This document shows, piece by piece, positions 39,502-49,617 of a stretch of 64,000 nt of DNA. Every line of letters begins with the position of its first letter. The first letter of the stretch is position 1. This DNA comes from Actinomycetota bacterium. Its GTDB lineage: Bacteria; Actinomycetota; Aquicultoria; SURF-47. The DNA lies in NCBI GenBank assembly GCA_003599235.1, contig QZJE01000002.1, positions 9,260 through 73,259 of the forward strand. The letters run 5' to 3'. Below the pieces are notes generated by a model that was not told the DNA's origin, ran no database searches, and saw nothing but the letters and a program-made list of their open reading frames with translations. The position numbers were made by a program, and so were the translations under genes.

Positions 39502-39536
39502 AGGGACAAGGGATGAGTGTTTAGGGAAGAGGGTTA
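39502..39536. repeat. Left heptamer arm (AGGGANN) flanking the flgM-like gene
   Basis: AGGGACA AGGGATG AGTGTTT AGGGAAG AGGGTTA. Confidence 0.65.
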
Positions 39537-39734
39537 GTTTGGTTCTAATTGTGATGCTTGCCCTGTTGCTTCTCTGACAATACTTTTAGCAATAACATCA
39601 GCTTTAATATAGTAAGTTCCCGAATATATGCTTCTTTTTATTTTCTGAAGTCGCAGCTTTCTGCCAAAGGAGCTATCTGAATGATTTATCTTACACTCTA
39701 AATGCTGAGTAACTTTCTTTACTCCCTTTTCCAT
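39534..39734 (-). CDS. flgM: FlgM-like anti-sigma-28 factor
   Basis: R..RL..IK..I..GTY.I.A..IA..I resembles the FlgM C-terminal motif; about 1 kb from the sigma-28 gene. Confidence 0.65.
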   Translation of the reverse strand: MEKGVKKVTQHLECKINHSDSSFGRKLRLQKIKRSIYSGTYYIKADVIAKSIVREATGQASQLEPN

Positions 39735-39740
39735 ATTATT

Positions 39741-39772
39741 CTTCTACCCTTAATCCTCATCCCTTATCCTAG
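39741..39772. repeat. Right heptamer arm, inverted relative to 39502-39536
   Basis: CTTCTAC CCTTAAT CCTCATC CCTTATC; CTCATCCCTT is the reverse complement of AAGGGATGAG. Confidence 0.65.
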
Positions 39773-39885
39773 CCTTCTTGCTGGCCTCACCCCAGCATAC
39801 AATGCTTGTCTGTGGTATAATATTTATTGCTGGATAATAAATCGTAGTATTGATTAAGGACGTACTTTGCAACAGGATACATACA

Positions 39886-40752
39886 ATGGACAGCCTTGCT
39901 AAAGATTTTCTTCTATATTTAAGCGCCAGAAATCTATCACCTAATACAATCAATGCTTATAGATGCGACCTCAACCACTTTTTGTCCTACCTGGAGGGTA
40001 AGAAGAGAAGAATACAACAAGTAGACCAGCATTTACTAAGAAGATATTTAGGAGTTTGCCTTAACCAAGGCTTGTCTAAAAAAACTATGGCTAGAAAAAT
40101 ATCTACGATAAAAATTTTTTGTAATTATGTTTATAAGCAGAAAAAAATTAATAGTAATCCGGCCGTATTACTTAGCTCGCCAAAAATAGGCAAGAAACTT
40201 CCTAAAGTGTTAAAAGAAAAAGATGTTTTAGAAATTAGCCGTCCTCTTAATGATTCCGTCTTAGAATTGCGAAATAGCGCTATCTTTGAGTTACTTTATG
40301 GCTGCGGTTTAAGGATAAGCGAGCTGATAGCCCTTAATATCAGCGATATTGATTTTTCTAGCCGTCAGATAAAGGTTCTAGGCAAGGGAAACAAAGAACG
40401 CATTATTCCTATCAATGATATTGCTTTAGACAAGATAAATACTTATTTGCTCAAAAAAGAGAAAAATTGCGACAAACAAGCTGTTTTTGTAAGTAACAAT
40501 GGTTACAGGCTTACCGATTGTGCTATTCGTAAGATTTTAATAAATAGGCAAAATAAACTGGGAATGAAAACTCCTGCTACACCGCATAGTTTTAGGCATT
40601 CATTTGCAACTGATTTATTAGAGAACGGGGCAGATCTAAGAGCTGTTCAGGAGCTATTAGGGCATGTTGATTTATCGACCACGCAAGTTTATACTCATTT
40701 AAGTAAAGCGCACCTAAAGGCAGTATATAAAAAGGCTCATCCAAGATCTTAA
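39886..40752 (+). CDS. xerC: Tyrosine recombinase XerC
   Basis: S.NT..AY..DL, LY..GLR.SEL, GKG.KER, PH.FRHSFAT.LL..GADLR.VQELLGH..TTQ.YTH. Confidence 0.9.
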   Translation: MDSLAKDFLLYLSARNLSPNTINAYRCDLNHFLSYLEGKKRRIQQVDQHLLRRYLGVCLNQGLSKKTMARKISTIKIFCNYVYKQKKINSNPAVLLSSPKIGKKLPKVLKEKDVLEISRPLNDSVLELRNSAIFELLYGCGLRISELIALNISDIDFSSRQIKVLGKGNKERIIPINDIALDKINTYLLKKEKNCDKQAVFVSNNGYRLTDCAIRKILINRQNKLGMKTPATPHSFRHSFATDLLENGADLRAVQELLGHVDLSTTQVYTHLSKAHLKAVYKKAHPRS

Positions 40753-40763
40753 AGGAGAAGTAG

Positions 40764-41543
40764 TTGGAAGACCCAACAATAAATGAACTAAAAGAGCTTT
40801 GGAAAAAGTTTAAAGAATCGCCTTCTAATGATATTAAAGACAGACTGATTGTATATTACTCGCCATTAGTTAAGTATGTAGCAAGCAGGGTGTCTGCCAG
40901 CCTTCCTCCTAATATCGAAATGGCCGACCTTAACTCTTACGGCATGTTCGGGCTCATTGATGCTATTGATAAGTTTGACATAAAAAGAGACATTAAGTTC
41001 GAAACATATGCTATGTCGAGGATAAAAGGAGCGATTGTAGACGAGTTGCGCTCTCTAGACTGGGTTCCTCGTTCGGTTCGCCAAATGGGAAGGGAATTAG
41101 AAAAAGTATATCAGGAGTTGCAAACCAAGAATAAAAAGGCGCCTTCAGACCAAGAAATCGCTGACGAACTGGATTTAAGCTTAGATAAGCTGTATGACCT
41201 TTATAACAAATTAAGCAGCTCTTCGATGATTGCTCTAGAGGAGATGAAAATCTACGACGGTCCTTCTGATGACAAACTGGCTGTTATTGACATGCTTGAG
41301 GACCAAAGTGTCGACGATCCCTTAGAGATTTTTGAGCTAAAAGAGATGGAGTCTGTGCTGGGAGATTCTATCCAGCAGCTTCCGGAAAGGGAAAGGATTA
41401 TCGTCACTCTTTATTATTATGAAGGACTTACTTTAAGAGAGATAGGCGAGATATTGGGGTTAACAGAATCGCGGGTATCTCAGCTGCGCACCAAAGCTAT
41501 TGTAGGCTTAAAATCTGCCTTAAAGAGCTCCAAGTTAACTTAA
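40764..41543 (+). CDS. whiG: Sigma-28 family RNA polymerase sigma factor (WhiG/FliA)
   Basis: LVKYVA.R, YGMFGLIDAI.KFD, KFETYA..RI.GAI.DELR..DWVPRSVR, ESRVSQ. Confidence 0.93.
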   Translation: MEDPTINELKELWKKFKESPSNDIKDRLIVYYSPLVKYVASRVSASLPPNIEMADLNSYGMFGLIDAIDKFDIKRDIKFETYAMSRIKGAIVDELRSLDWVPRSVRQMGRELEKVYQELQTKNKKAPSDQEIADELDLSLDKLYDLYNKLSSSSMIALEEMKIYDGPSDDKLAVIDMLEDQSVDDPLEIFELKEMESVLGDSIQQLPERERIIVTLYYYEGLTLREIGEILGLTESRVSQLRTKAIVGLKSALKSSKLT

Positions 41544-41667
41544 ACATCAAGCAAAACCTTGCTTTTTAAGAAATATTTCTTAAGTTATCGCTTATTTTAT
41601 GTTATTGTACTGTATTGGTATTTTAAACTGCTAAATATAGCGGAAATTATTAATTACGGAGGTTAAT

Positions 41668-42510
41668 TTGTCGGTAGTATCAATGAAAAACCTGCTTGAA
41701 GCAGGTGTGCATTTCGGACATCAAAAAAGACGTTGGGATCCGAAAATGAAGCCTTACATTTTTGCTGAAAGAAATGACATATATATAATAGACTTGCAGA
41801 AAACACTTACACTAGTTGAAAAATCATACCAATTTATACAAGAGTTAACAAAAACAGGCCAAAAAGTGCTTTTTGTAGGCACTAAAAAACAAGCTCAGGA
41901 CGTAATCAAGGATGAAGCAACCCGGGCTAATATGCCTTATGTAAGCAACCGCTGGCTTGGCGGGACGCTAACCAACTTCGATACCATTAAATCCCAGATA
42001 ACTAAACTTAAAGAGCTCGAAGAGATGCAGACAAGCGGCCAGTTGGCTAATCTTACTAAAAAAGAAGGCTTGTTACTGATGAGAGAAAAAGACAGATTAG
42101 AGCATAACCTGGGCGGAATAAGAGATATGGAATCCTTGCCAGCAGCTGTATTTATTATCGATCCCAAGAATGAAAGAATTGCTTTATTAGAAGCCAGGCG
42201 CCTAGAGATACCTATTGTAGCTATCGTTGACACTAATTGCGATCCCAATGAAGTAGATTATGTAATTCCTGGTAATGATGATGCTATCAGGGCTATCGGT
42301 TTAATCACCAGAGTGATGGCTGATGCTGCTCATGAAGGAGCTCAAAAATACGAAAAAACAGTAGCTGAGAAAAAGACAGAGCTAAAGGCTGAAGAGCTGA
42401 AGGCTGAAGAGCTGAAGGCTGAAGAGCTGAAGGCTGAAGAAAAAAAAGAGCCAGAGGCTAAAGAGATGAAGGAAGAAGGAAAAGAGCAAGAGAAGAAAGA
42501 GGAAAAATGA
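41668..42510 (+). CDS. rpsB: 30S ribosomal protein S2 with repeat-expanded tail
   Basis: [33 protein letters not shown]. Confidence 0.98.
   Translation: MSVVSMKNLLEAGVHFGHQKRRWDPKMKPYIFAERNDIYIIDLQKTLTLVEKSYQFIQELTKTGQKVLFVGTKKQAQDVIKDEATRANMPYVSNRWLGGTLTNFDTIKSQITKLKELEEMQTSGQLANLTKKEGLLLMREKDRLEHNLGGIRDMESLPAAVFIIDPKNERIALLEARRLEIPIVAIVDTNCDPNEVDYVIPGNDDAIRAIGLITRVMADAAHEGAQKYEKTVAEKKTELKAEELKAEELKAEELKAEEKKEPEAKEMKEEGKEQEKKEEK
42379..42438 (+). repeat. 15-mer x4 encoding (ELKAE)4 in RpsB
   Basis: GAGCTRAAGGCTGAA x4. Confidence 0.9.
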
Positions 42511-43103
42511 CAGTAACAAATAAACAAATACAAGAACTAAGACAAGCAACAGGAGCAGGTTTAATGGATTGCAAATCTGCCTTAACCGAAGCCAAAGCAG
42601 ACATGGATAAGGCTGTTGAGATATTAAGACTTAAAGGACTGGCAGGACTAGAAAAAAGGGCTGGCAGAGTTGCTAAAGAAGGGATTATTGAGGCCTATAT
42701 CCATGCTAATAATAAAATCGGTGTTATGGTAGAAGTTAACTGCGAAACAGATTTTGTTGCAAGAAATGACAAGTTTAAAGAGTTTGCCCACGATATTGCT
42801 CTGCAGATTGCAGCTTCGGCTCCGCTATATGTTAATGAGGAAGATGTTCCATCTGAGGTCTTATCCAAAGAAAAAAAAATCTATAAGGAGCAAGCCAAGG
42901 CTGAGGGCAAACCAGATAAAGTACTAGATAAGATAGTTGAGGGAAAAGTAAAAAAGTATTACGAAGAAGTCGTTTTGCTAAATCAATCATACGTCAAGAA
43001 TCCCGATATAACTATTCTTGATTATTTGGGAAGTTTTGCAGGCTCAATCGGCGAGAATATTCGGATTTCTCGGTTTGTTAGATTAGAGTTGGGGAATGCG
43101 TAA
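42507..43103 (+). CDS. tsf: Elongation factor Ts (short form)
   Basis: [22 protein letters not shown]; 198 aa. Confidence 0.97.
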   Translation: MTVTNKQIQELRQATGAGLMDCKSALTEAKADMDKAVEILRLKGLAGLEKRAGRVAKEGIIEAYIHANNKIGVMVEVNCETDFVARNDKFKEFAHDIALQIAASAPLYVNEEDVPSEVLSKEKKIYKEQAKAEGKPDKVLDKIVEGKVKKYYEEVVLLNQSYVKNPDITILDYLGSFAGSIGENIRISRFVRLELGNA

Positions 43104-43821
43104 AAAATTTAAAAAAGTTCTACTTAAATTAAGCGGAGAAGCACTTCTAAACAAACAGGGTTACGGCATAGATACCGAAACCCTGGATAATATTTCCAAT
43201 CAAGTAAAAGAACTGCATACACTAGGAACAGAAATCGCCATAGTAGTAGGCGGTGGAAATATCTTCAGAGGAGTGGCTGCTTCTGCAAAGGGAATGGACA
43301 GGGCCACTGCAGACTATATTGGTATGTTAGCTACTGTTATGAATGCTTTAGCGCTTCAAGATTCCCTGGAAAATAAGGGTATTTTTACAAGAGTGATGTC
43401 GGCTATCAGCATGCATGATATAGCCGAGCCCTATATTAGACGACGGGCAATAAGGCATATGGAGAAGGGACGAATTGTGATATTTGCAGCCGGCACAGGA
43501 AACCCTTATTTTTCTACCGACACAGCTGCAGCTCTAAGGGCTTTAGAGATTGGCTCAGAAGTAATCCTTAAAGCTACTCAAGTTGACGGCGTCTATGATA
43601 GTGACCCCAAAAAGAACCCTGGTGCCAAGAAATTTAATGAACTAAAGTATATTGATGTCTTAAGCAAAGGTTTAAAGGTAATGGATGCTACTGCTACTTC
43701 TCTTTGCATGGATAACAATATCCCCATAATTGTCTTTAATTTAGGTGTTAATGGTAATATTAAGAAAGCGGCTTCTGGCCAAAAAATCGGTACTATTGTT
43801 CAGGGAGGTAGCGATGGATAG
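43096..43821 (+). CDS. pyrH: UMP kinase
   Basis: [24 protein letters not shown]. Confidence 0.98.
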   Translation: MRKKFKKVLLKLSGEALLNKQGYGIDTETLDNISNQVKELHTLGTEIAIVVGGGNIFRGVAASAKGMDRATADYIGMLATVMNALALQDSLENKGIFTRVMSAISMHDIAEPYIRRRAIRHMEKGRIVIFAAGTGNPYFSTDTAAALRALEIGSEVILKATQVDGVYDSDPKKNPGAKKFNELKYIDVLSKGLKVMDATATSLCMDNNIPIIVFNLGVNGNIKKAASGQKIGTIVQGGSDG

Positions 43822-44374
43822 CCAAGCAGTTATTTCTAGAACTGAAGAAAAAATGTCTAAAGCAGTATTGCACACCGTAGAAGAATTAAAAGGTGTTCGC
43901 ACTGGCCGGGCATCGACAACTTTGCTAGACAGGGTGGTAGTGGATTACTACGGGACTAAAACCCCCTTAAAGCAAATGGCTACCATAAATGTTCCCGAGC
44001 CTCAATTGATAACTATTCAACCATGGGATAAATCAGTTATCCCCAGCGTAGAGAAGGCAATTATGGCTTCTGACTTAGGGCTTAATCCCTCAAATGACGG
44101 CAATCTAATTAGGCTGAGCTTTCCTCCTTTAACAGAAGAAAGGCGCATCGAGCTTACTAAAGTAGTTAAACATATCGGCGAAGAAGGCAAAGTAGCTGTT
44201 AGAAATGTACGACGTGATTCTATTGAAGAGCTAAAAAAGCTTCAAAAAGATGGGGCAATCTCCGAGGATGATTACTATCGGGAACACGACCATATCCAAA
44301 AGATTACCGATGAAAACTCAAACAAAATAGACGAGATGGTTGCCTCTAAAGAAAAAGAAGTTATGGAGGTCTAG
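43814..44374 (+). CDS. frr: Ribosome recycling factor
   Basis: [19 protein letters not shown]; GGAGG before ATG 43814. Confidence 0.97.
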   Translation: MDSQAVISRTEEKMSKAVLHTVEELKGVRTGRASTTLLDRVVVDYYGTKTPLKQMATINVPEPQLITIQPWDKSVIPSVEKAIMASDLGLNPSNDGNLIRLSFPPLTEERRIELTKVVKHIGEEGKVAVRNVRRDSIEELKKLQKDGAISEDDYYREHDHIQKITDENSNKIDEMVASKEKEVMEV

Positions 44375-44376
44375 AT

Positions 44377-44841
44377 ATGAAACAATTTGAAGGCAAGCTA
44401 ATTGCCAAGGATTTAAGTTTTGCAATAGTAGTTAGCCGTTTTAATGAGTTTGTTAGCAAAAGATTGCTAGAAGGAGCTCTAGACAGCCTAAAACGCCATG
44501 GTGTAGCAGAGGAAAAAATTGCCTTAGCATGGGTCCCAGGAGCTTTTGAAATTCCTTTAATTGCCAATAAACTTGCTAAATCCGGTAAATATGATGCTGT
44601 AATATGCTTAGGCGCTGTTATTAGAGGCGAAACTCCTCATTTCGAATACGTTGCTTCTGAGGTAGCCAAAGGTATATCAGCTGTTAACTTAGCAAGTGAT
44701 GTTCCTGCTGTATTCGGAGTTATCACCGCAGATTCATTAGACCAAGCTGTCGAGCGTGCCGGTAGCAAATCAGGTAATAAAGGATGGCAAGCAGCTCAAG
44801 TTGCTATAGAGATGGCTAATCTGATAAAGACTATTGAATGA
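44377..44841 (+). CDS. ribH: 6,7-dimethyl-8-ribityllumazine synthase
   Basis: [26 protein letters not shown]. Confidence 0.97.
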   Translation: MKQFEGKLIAKDLSFAIVVSRFNEFVSKRLLEGALDSLKRHGVAEEKIALAWVPGAFEIPLIANKLAKSGKYDAVICLGAVIRGETPHFEYVASEVAKGISAVNLASDVPAVFGVITADSLDQAVERAGSKSGNKGWQAAQVAIEMANLIKTIE

Positions 44842-45554
44842 TCTCCAAAATTGCTCTAAATAAAAAAGACATCCCTTCTCACGTAGCCATCATTATGGAC
44901 GGCAATGGCCGATGGGCAAAAAAGAAGCGTCTGCCCCGAATTGAAGGGCACCGCACCGGCTCTAAAAAAATAATTCGCATTGTAAGGGCAGCAGACCAAA
45001 TAGGCATTAAATACCTCACACTTTTTTCTTTTTCTAAAGAAAACTGGCAGCGCCCGGATAATGAAATCAAGGGATTGATGGATCTCTTTGAAGTAACTAT
45101 TGACAGGGAAATTCCGGGATTAAAGAAAAACAATGTCGTATTTAAGGTAATAGGTGATTTAGACTCGCTTAGGAAATCTACCCGCGATAAGTTTTCTCAC
45201 GCGATAAATGAGACTAAAAACAACAACGGATTAAACTTAATTATCGCCGTTAACTACAGCGGCCGCGATGAACTTGCCCGTTGTTTAAAAAAAATAGCTA
45301 AACAAAATATTGAAAAAATTACTGAAAAGACGATAGCTAATAACTTAGATACTGCGCTTATCCCCGACCCCGAACTTCTAATACGTACCAGTGGAGAGCT
45401 TAGGGTTAGCAATTTTCTGCTCTGGCAAATTGCTTATTCTGAAATATGGGTCACTAAACTATTGTGGCCAGATTTTCGTCCAAGACACCTATACCAGGCA
45501 ATAAGCGATTATCAAAAACGCGAGCGCCGCTTTGGAGGAGTCAACTGTAGCTGA
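44838..45554 (+). CDS. uppS: Undecaprenyl diphosphate synthase
   Basis: [33 protein letters not shown]. Confidence 0.97.
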   Translation: MISKIALNKKDIPSHVAIIMDGNGRWAKKKRLPRIEGHRTGSKKIIRIVRAADQIGIKYLTLFSFSKENWQRPDNEIKGLMDLFEVTIDREIPGLKKNNVVFKVIGDLDSLRKSTRDKFSHAINETKNNNGLNLIIAVNYSGRDELARCLKKIAKQNIEKITEKTIANNLDTALIPDPELLIRTSGELRVSNFLLWQIAYSEIWVTKLLWPDFRPRHLYQAISDYQKRERRFGGVNCS

Positions 45555-46306
45555 TGATGTATCGAATCCTAAGCGCTGCAATTGGAATTCCCATATTGCT
45601 TTTAGCTCTAGTTTTTGGAGGAGGAATAGGCTTCTTAAGCTTAATTCTTGTTATTATTTGCGTATGTTATTACGAGTTCCTAAAACTGTTTCTTGGGCGA
45701 TATATTTCTTACTATTTTTCATTAGGTGTCATTACAATCGTTGCCTTAGGGTTCGCTGTTTTATACCACCTTTGGACAATGTTGCTTTTTGTTCCCCTAA
45801 TTCTACTAATTATGATATTGATAGACGCAGGGGCTTATCGTCAGGCATTTGTTGCTTTTTTGGGGATTTTTTATTGTAGCTTGCTTTTGCATTTAGTGGT
45901 CTTGAGAGGGATTGAAATGGAACTAGTCTTTGTAGTGTTAATTTCTACCTGGTCTTTTGATATCGGAGCTTACTTAGTCGGCAAATACTTCGGCAAGCAC
46001 AAAATTACCCCTAACATAAGTCCAAATAAAAGCTATGAAGGACTTTTAGCCGGGTCGTTATTAGTTGCAATAATGCTATTTTTGTATCCTTTTGGCTGGA
46101 CTAATCCCATTATTAAAGTAGTTTTCGGAGTAATTATCATTACCTGTGCATTTAGCGGAGATTTATTAGAGTCTAAGCTTAAGAGGGTTGCTAGGGTAAA
46201 AGATACAGGAAGCATCATACCCGGTCATGGAGGATTCCTAGACCGTTTCGACAGCCTTCTTTTTACTGGTACAATCGTATTTTATCTATCGAGGTTTTTT
46301 ATATGA
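45554..46306 (+). CDS. cdsA: Phosphatidate cytidylyltransferase
   Basis: ISPNKS.EG, GDL.ES..KR...KD.G..IPGHGG.LDRFDS. Confidence 0.96.
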   Translation: MMYRILSAAIGIPILLLALVFGGGIGFLSLILVIICVCYYEFLKLFLGRYISYYFSLGVITIVALGFAVLYHLWTMLLFVPLILLIMILIDAGAYRQAFVAFLGIFYCSLLLHLVVLRGIEMELVFVVLISTWSFDIGAYLVGKYFGKHKITPNISPNKSYEGLLAGSLLVAIMLFLYPFGWTNPIIKVVFGVIIITCAFSGDLLESKLKRVARVKDTGSIIPGHGGFLDRFDSLLFTGTIVFYLSRFFI

Positions 46307-47466
46307 AAAAAATCATTATACTGGGCTCAACAGGCTCTATCGGAGTCCAAGCCCTCGAGGTTATTGCTAACCATATGGACAAGTTCCGGGTAGTGGGTTT
46401 AAGCACTAATAAAAATACCACTCTTTTGGCAGAACAGGTTGGGCAATTTTCTCCCGAGGTTGTGGTTATCGCAGATGAAGCTGCAGGTAAAAGCGCTCTT
46501 GATGATTTCTCCGCCGATGTTGAAATCAACATTGGCAAAACTGAATTACCTATTCTGGCAGCACATCCTGAAGCCGACATTGTCCTTAATGCCTTAGTTG
46601 GCGGCGTTGGGTTAGAATCTACCATTGCTGTTCTAAAAGCCGGCAAAACCCTAGCCCTAGCTAATAAGGAATCGATGGTTATGGGAGGCCAACTGATTCG
46701 GTCAATGGTCAACTGTCAACTGTCAACTAATTCCATCATTCCTGTTGATTCTGAACATAGTGCAATTTTTCAGTGCTTACTAGGTGAAGATAAAAACGAA
46801 GTTAGGCGGCTGATATTAACTAGTTCAGGTGGTCCATTTAGGAAAGCTAATAAAGAAGAGATGGATAAAGCGACTGTGGAGCAAGCCTTAGCTCACCCAC
46901 GTTGGAATATGGGACAGAAAATATCCATTGATTCGGCTACTTTGATGAACAAGGGACTAGAGGTAATTGAAGCCCATTTTTTGTTTGATATTGGCTATAA
47001 AGATATCGAGGTGGTCGTTCATCCTCAAAGTATTATTCATTCGATGGTAGAGTACTGTGACGGGTCTATTAAGGCTCATCTGGGCCAAACTGATATGAAA
47101 ATTCCTATCCAGTATGCTATAAGTTATCCGCAGCGCTGGCCGTCACCTATGCCTTATTTAGACTTTGTTGATGTTGGCAGGCTAGATTTTGAGCCTCCTG
47201 ATACTGAAAAGTTTCCTTGTTTAAAACTAGCTTATGAGGCAGCCAAATTAGGACAAACTTTTCCAACAGCTCTAAACGCAGCTAATGAGGTTGCCGTAGA
47301 ACATTTTTTGAGTCAAAATTTAGATTTTAGAGCAATTACTACTGTAATAGAAAAAACTTTAGAAGATCACCAAGTTCTTGAAGCTACTAACCTGGAGAAT
47401 GTTTTACAAGCAGATAAATGGGCTAGAGATGAAGCAAAGAGAGTAGTTGAAAGGCTTAAATGTTAG
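46303..47466 (+). CDS. dxr: 1-deoxy-D-xylulose 5-phosphate reductoisomerase
   Basis: LGSTGSIG, LANKES, PVDSEH, HP.W.MG.KISIDSA, NAANE. Confidence 0.98.
   Translation: MKKIIILGSTGSIGVQALEVIANHMDKFRVVGLSTNKNTTLLAEQVGQFSPEVVVIADEAAGKSALDDFSADVEINIGKTELPILAAHPEADIVLNALVGGVGLESTIAVLKAGKTLALANKESMVMGGQLIRSMVNCQLSTNSIIPVDSEHSAIFQCLLGEDKNEVRRLILTSSGGPFRKANKEEMDKATVEQALAHPRWNMGQKISIDSATLMNKGLEVIEAHFLFDIGYKDIEVVVHPQSIIHSMVEYCDGSIKAHLGQTDMKIPIQYAISYPQRWPSPMPYLDFVDVGRLDFEPPDTEKFPCLKLAYEAAKLGQTFPTALNAANEVAVEHFLSQNLDFRAITTVIEKTLEDHQVLEATNLENVLQADKWARDEAKRVVERLKC
46701..46728 (+). repeat. Heptamer GTCAACT-type x4 inside dxr
   Basis: GTCAATG GTCAACT GTCAACT GTCAACT, read as SMVNCQLST. Confidence 0.85.
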
Positions 47467-48515
47467 TATTCAGTTTTATAAGGCTTCTTATCGCTGTAGC
47501 TGTTTTAGGTATATTAATAGTTATCCATGAGTTTGGCCACTTTATTGTAGCTAAGCTTTTTAACATCAAGGTTACAGAGTTCTTCTTAGGGCTGCCCGGT
47601 CCTAAATTGTGGTTTTTTCAGAGAGGAGAGACGACGTATGGAGTAACCTCAATTCCTTTCGGAGGCTATGTTAAAATGGTCGGCTCCGAGCTAGGCGATG
47701 AGGAAGTATCAAAAGAAGACGAGCCAAGGAGCTTTTTAGCAGCCAAGTTCTATAAAAAAGTGTTAGTTATCTTAGCAGGGCCTTTTATGAACTTAATGCT
47801 AGCTTTTATAGTTTTTGCTCTGACCCTGCTTAGTTTTAAAGTAATTCCATACAAAATCACTAATAAAATTGGACAAGTCCAAGCCAAGAATCCGGCAGCT
47901 ATAGCAGGGGTTAAGAAAGATGATACGATAATTGCTGTAAATAATGAGCCGACTAAGACCTGGACAAAGCTTAAAAAAGAGATAAGCAGCAAACCTAATC
48001 AAGCTATAAATCTTAATGTTCGAAGAGATAGTAAAATGCTTAAGATAAGAGTAAAAACTGCTGTTAGAGACAAAAAAGGGTTCTTGGGTATATCGCCCGT
48101 GGCTCTTACCAGGAGAGCTAGTTTGGGTGAGGCAATTAAGAATAGCGCGCAAACAATATGGGAAATAACCTACAAGACCTATGAAGTAATTTTCAGGGCG
48201 ATAACCGGACGTCCCGGGCAACTACTTACAGGCTCTAGGGGCCCGATAGGAATTGTAAGGGAAATCGCTAGATTTGCAGAAAGCATCATCTCTTTATTAT
48301 TTATTTTCTCTGTAATAAATGTCGCAGTGGCTATTATTAATCTTCTTCCTATGCCTCCGCTAGATTTCGGTAGGGTAGTGCTGCTTACTTTTGAAAAATT
48401 AAAAGGCTCTCCTCTAAAAAAACAGACCGCTATTGCCGTTAACGGCATCGGGATGGCTTTACTGCTGATGCTTCTAGCCTATGTAACTTACCGCGATATT
48501 GCTAGGTTTTTCTAA
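47460..48515 (+). CDS. rseP: RIP metalloprotease RseP
   Basis: HEFGH, GGYV, AGP..N, PDZ domain, NLLP.P.LD.G. Confidence 0.93.
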   Translation: MLVFSFIRLLIAVAVLGILIVIHEFGHFIVAKLFNIKVTEFFLGLPGPKLWFFQRGETTYGVTSIPFGGYVKMVGSELGDEEVSKEDEPRSFLAAKFYKKVLVILAGPFMNLMLAFIVFALTLLSFKVIPYKITNKIGQVQAKNPAAIAGVKKDDTIIAVNNEPTKTWTKLKKEISSKPNQAINLNVRRDSKMLKIRVKTAVRDKKGFLGISPVALTRRASLGEAIKNSAQTIWEITYKTYEVIFRAITGRPGQLLTGSRGPIGIVREIARFAESIISLLFIFSVINVAVAIINLLPMPPLDFGRVVLLTFEKLKGSPLKKQTAIAVNGIGMALLLMLLAYVTYRDIARFF

Positions 48516-48519
48516 AAAC

Positions 48520-48554
48520 TAGCTGGTAGCTTGTAGCTGGTAGCTTGTAGCTGA
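48520..48554. repeat. Heptamer TAGCTKG x5
   Basis: TAGCTGG TAGCTTG TAGCTGG TAGCTTG TAGCTGA. Confidence 0.9.
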
Positions 48555-48558
48555 TAAA

Positions 48559-49617
48559 ATGGCAAAAATGCCAAAAATAACCAAGAAGATCAAAGTAAAG
48601 AATATATTTATTGGGGCAGAGAGCCCTGTAATTGTGCAGTCGATGACCAATACCAAAACTACGGATGTTAAGGCAACTCTTAAGCAAATAGATGAGCTGG
48701 CAAAAAACGGTTGTGAGCTAATAAGAGTTTCTGTACCAGACAAAGAATCAGTTAAAGGCCTACCTGAAATCATTAAAAAATCCACGATTCCGGTGGTAGC
48801 TGACATACACTTTCAAAGCGAATTAGCTATTGCTGCCATTAATGCAGGTGCACATAAAATAAGGATAAACCCTGGTAATATCGGTGGCTTAGACAAGGTA
48901 TCAGCAATAATAGAGGCAGCAAAAGAAGCTAATATACCCATAAGAATCGGCGTTAATTCCGGCTCGTTGCATAAAGAGTTTCAAGAACTGGCTCATCAAG
49001 ATCTAGCTCAAGCTTTAGTATCAAGTGCTTTAAAATATATAGATTTTTTTGAAAGCCAAGATTTTGACCAGATAGTGGTTTCAGTTAAAGCTTCAAGCGC
49101 AAAAGATACAATCAAAGCCTACCGCCTTTTATCTAATAAGACCGGCTACCCACTACATCTAGGGGTAACCGAGGCCGGAACGTTGTTAAGCGGCAGCATC
49201 AAATCAGCTGTAGCTCTAGGGGTTCTATTAGGGGAAGGGATAGGAGATACAATCAGGGTTAGCTTAACCGACAAGCCGGTAAATGAAGTACAGTCAGCAT
49301 ATAAAATACTGAGTGCAGTAGGAGTTAGGCAACGCGGGGTAGACATAATTTCATGTCCAACCTGTGCTCGCTGCGAGGTAGATGTGGTATCCTTAAGCCA
49401 GCAAGCAGAAAGAAGGCTAGCAGACATTGCCAAACCCTTAAAAGTAGCGGTTATGGGCTGCGTGGTTAATGGTCCAGGCGAAGCCAAAGAAGCAGATGTG
49501 GGCATCGCTTCGGGTAAAAACAGCGGCGTTTTATTTGTAGATGGTCAAATAATCGGAAAATATCCTGAGAGTGAATTACTTGATATATTAGAAAAAGAGG
49601 TTAGAAAAAAAGTATGA
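48559..49617 (+). CDS. ispG: HMBPP synthase
   Basis: VQSMTNT, ADIHF, RINPGN, HLGVTEAG, SCPTC.R, MGC.VNGPGE. Confidence 0.97.
   Translation: MAKMPKITKKIKVKNIFIGAESPVIVQSMTNTKTTDVKATLKQIDELAKNGCELIRVSVPDKESVKGLPEIIKKSTIPVVADIHFQSELAIAAINAGAHKIRINPGNIGGLDKVSAIIEAAKEANIPIRIGVNSGSLHKEFQELAHQDLAQALVSSALKYIDFFESQDFDQIVVSVKASSAKDTIKAYRLLSNKTGYPLHLGVTEAGTLLSGSIKSAVALGVLLGEGIGDTIRVSLTDKPVNEVQSAYKILSAVGVRQRGVDIISCPTCARCEVDVVSLSQQAERRLADIAKPLKVAVMGCVVNGPGEAKEADVGIASGKNSGVLFVDGQIIGKYPESELLDILEKEVRKKV

Noticed and set aside
39735-39885. Sigma-28 promoter for the flgM-like gene
   Set aside because: No correctly spaced TAAA/GCCGATAA pair found by eye.
39420-40752. tRNA-Gly plus tyrosine recombinase as an integrated element
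   Set aside because: The protein has chromosomal XerC signatures in a housekeeping context; no duplicated tRNA 3' end or phage genes seen.
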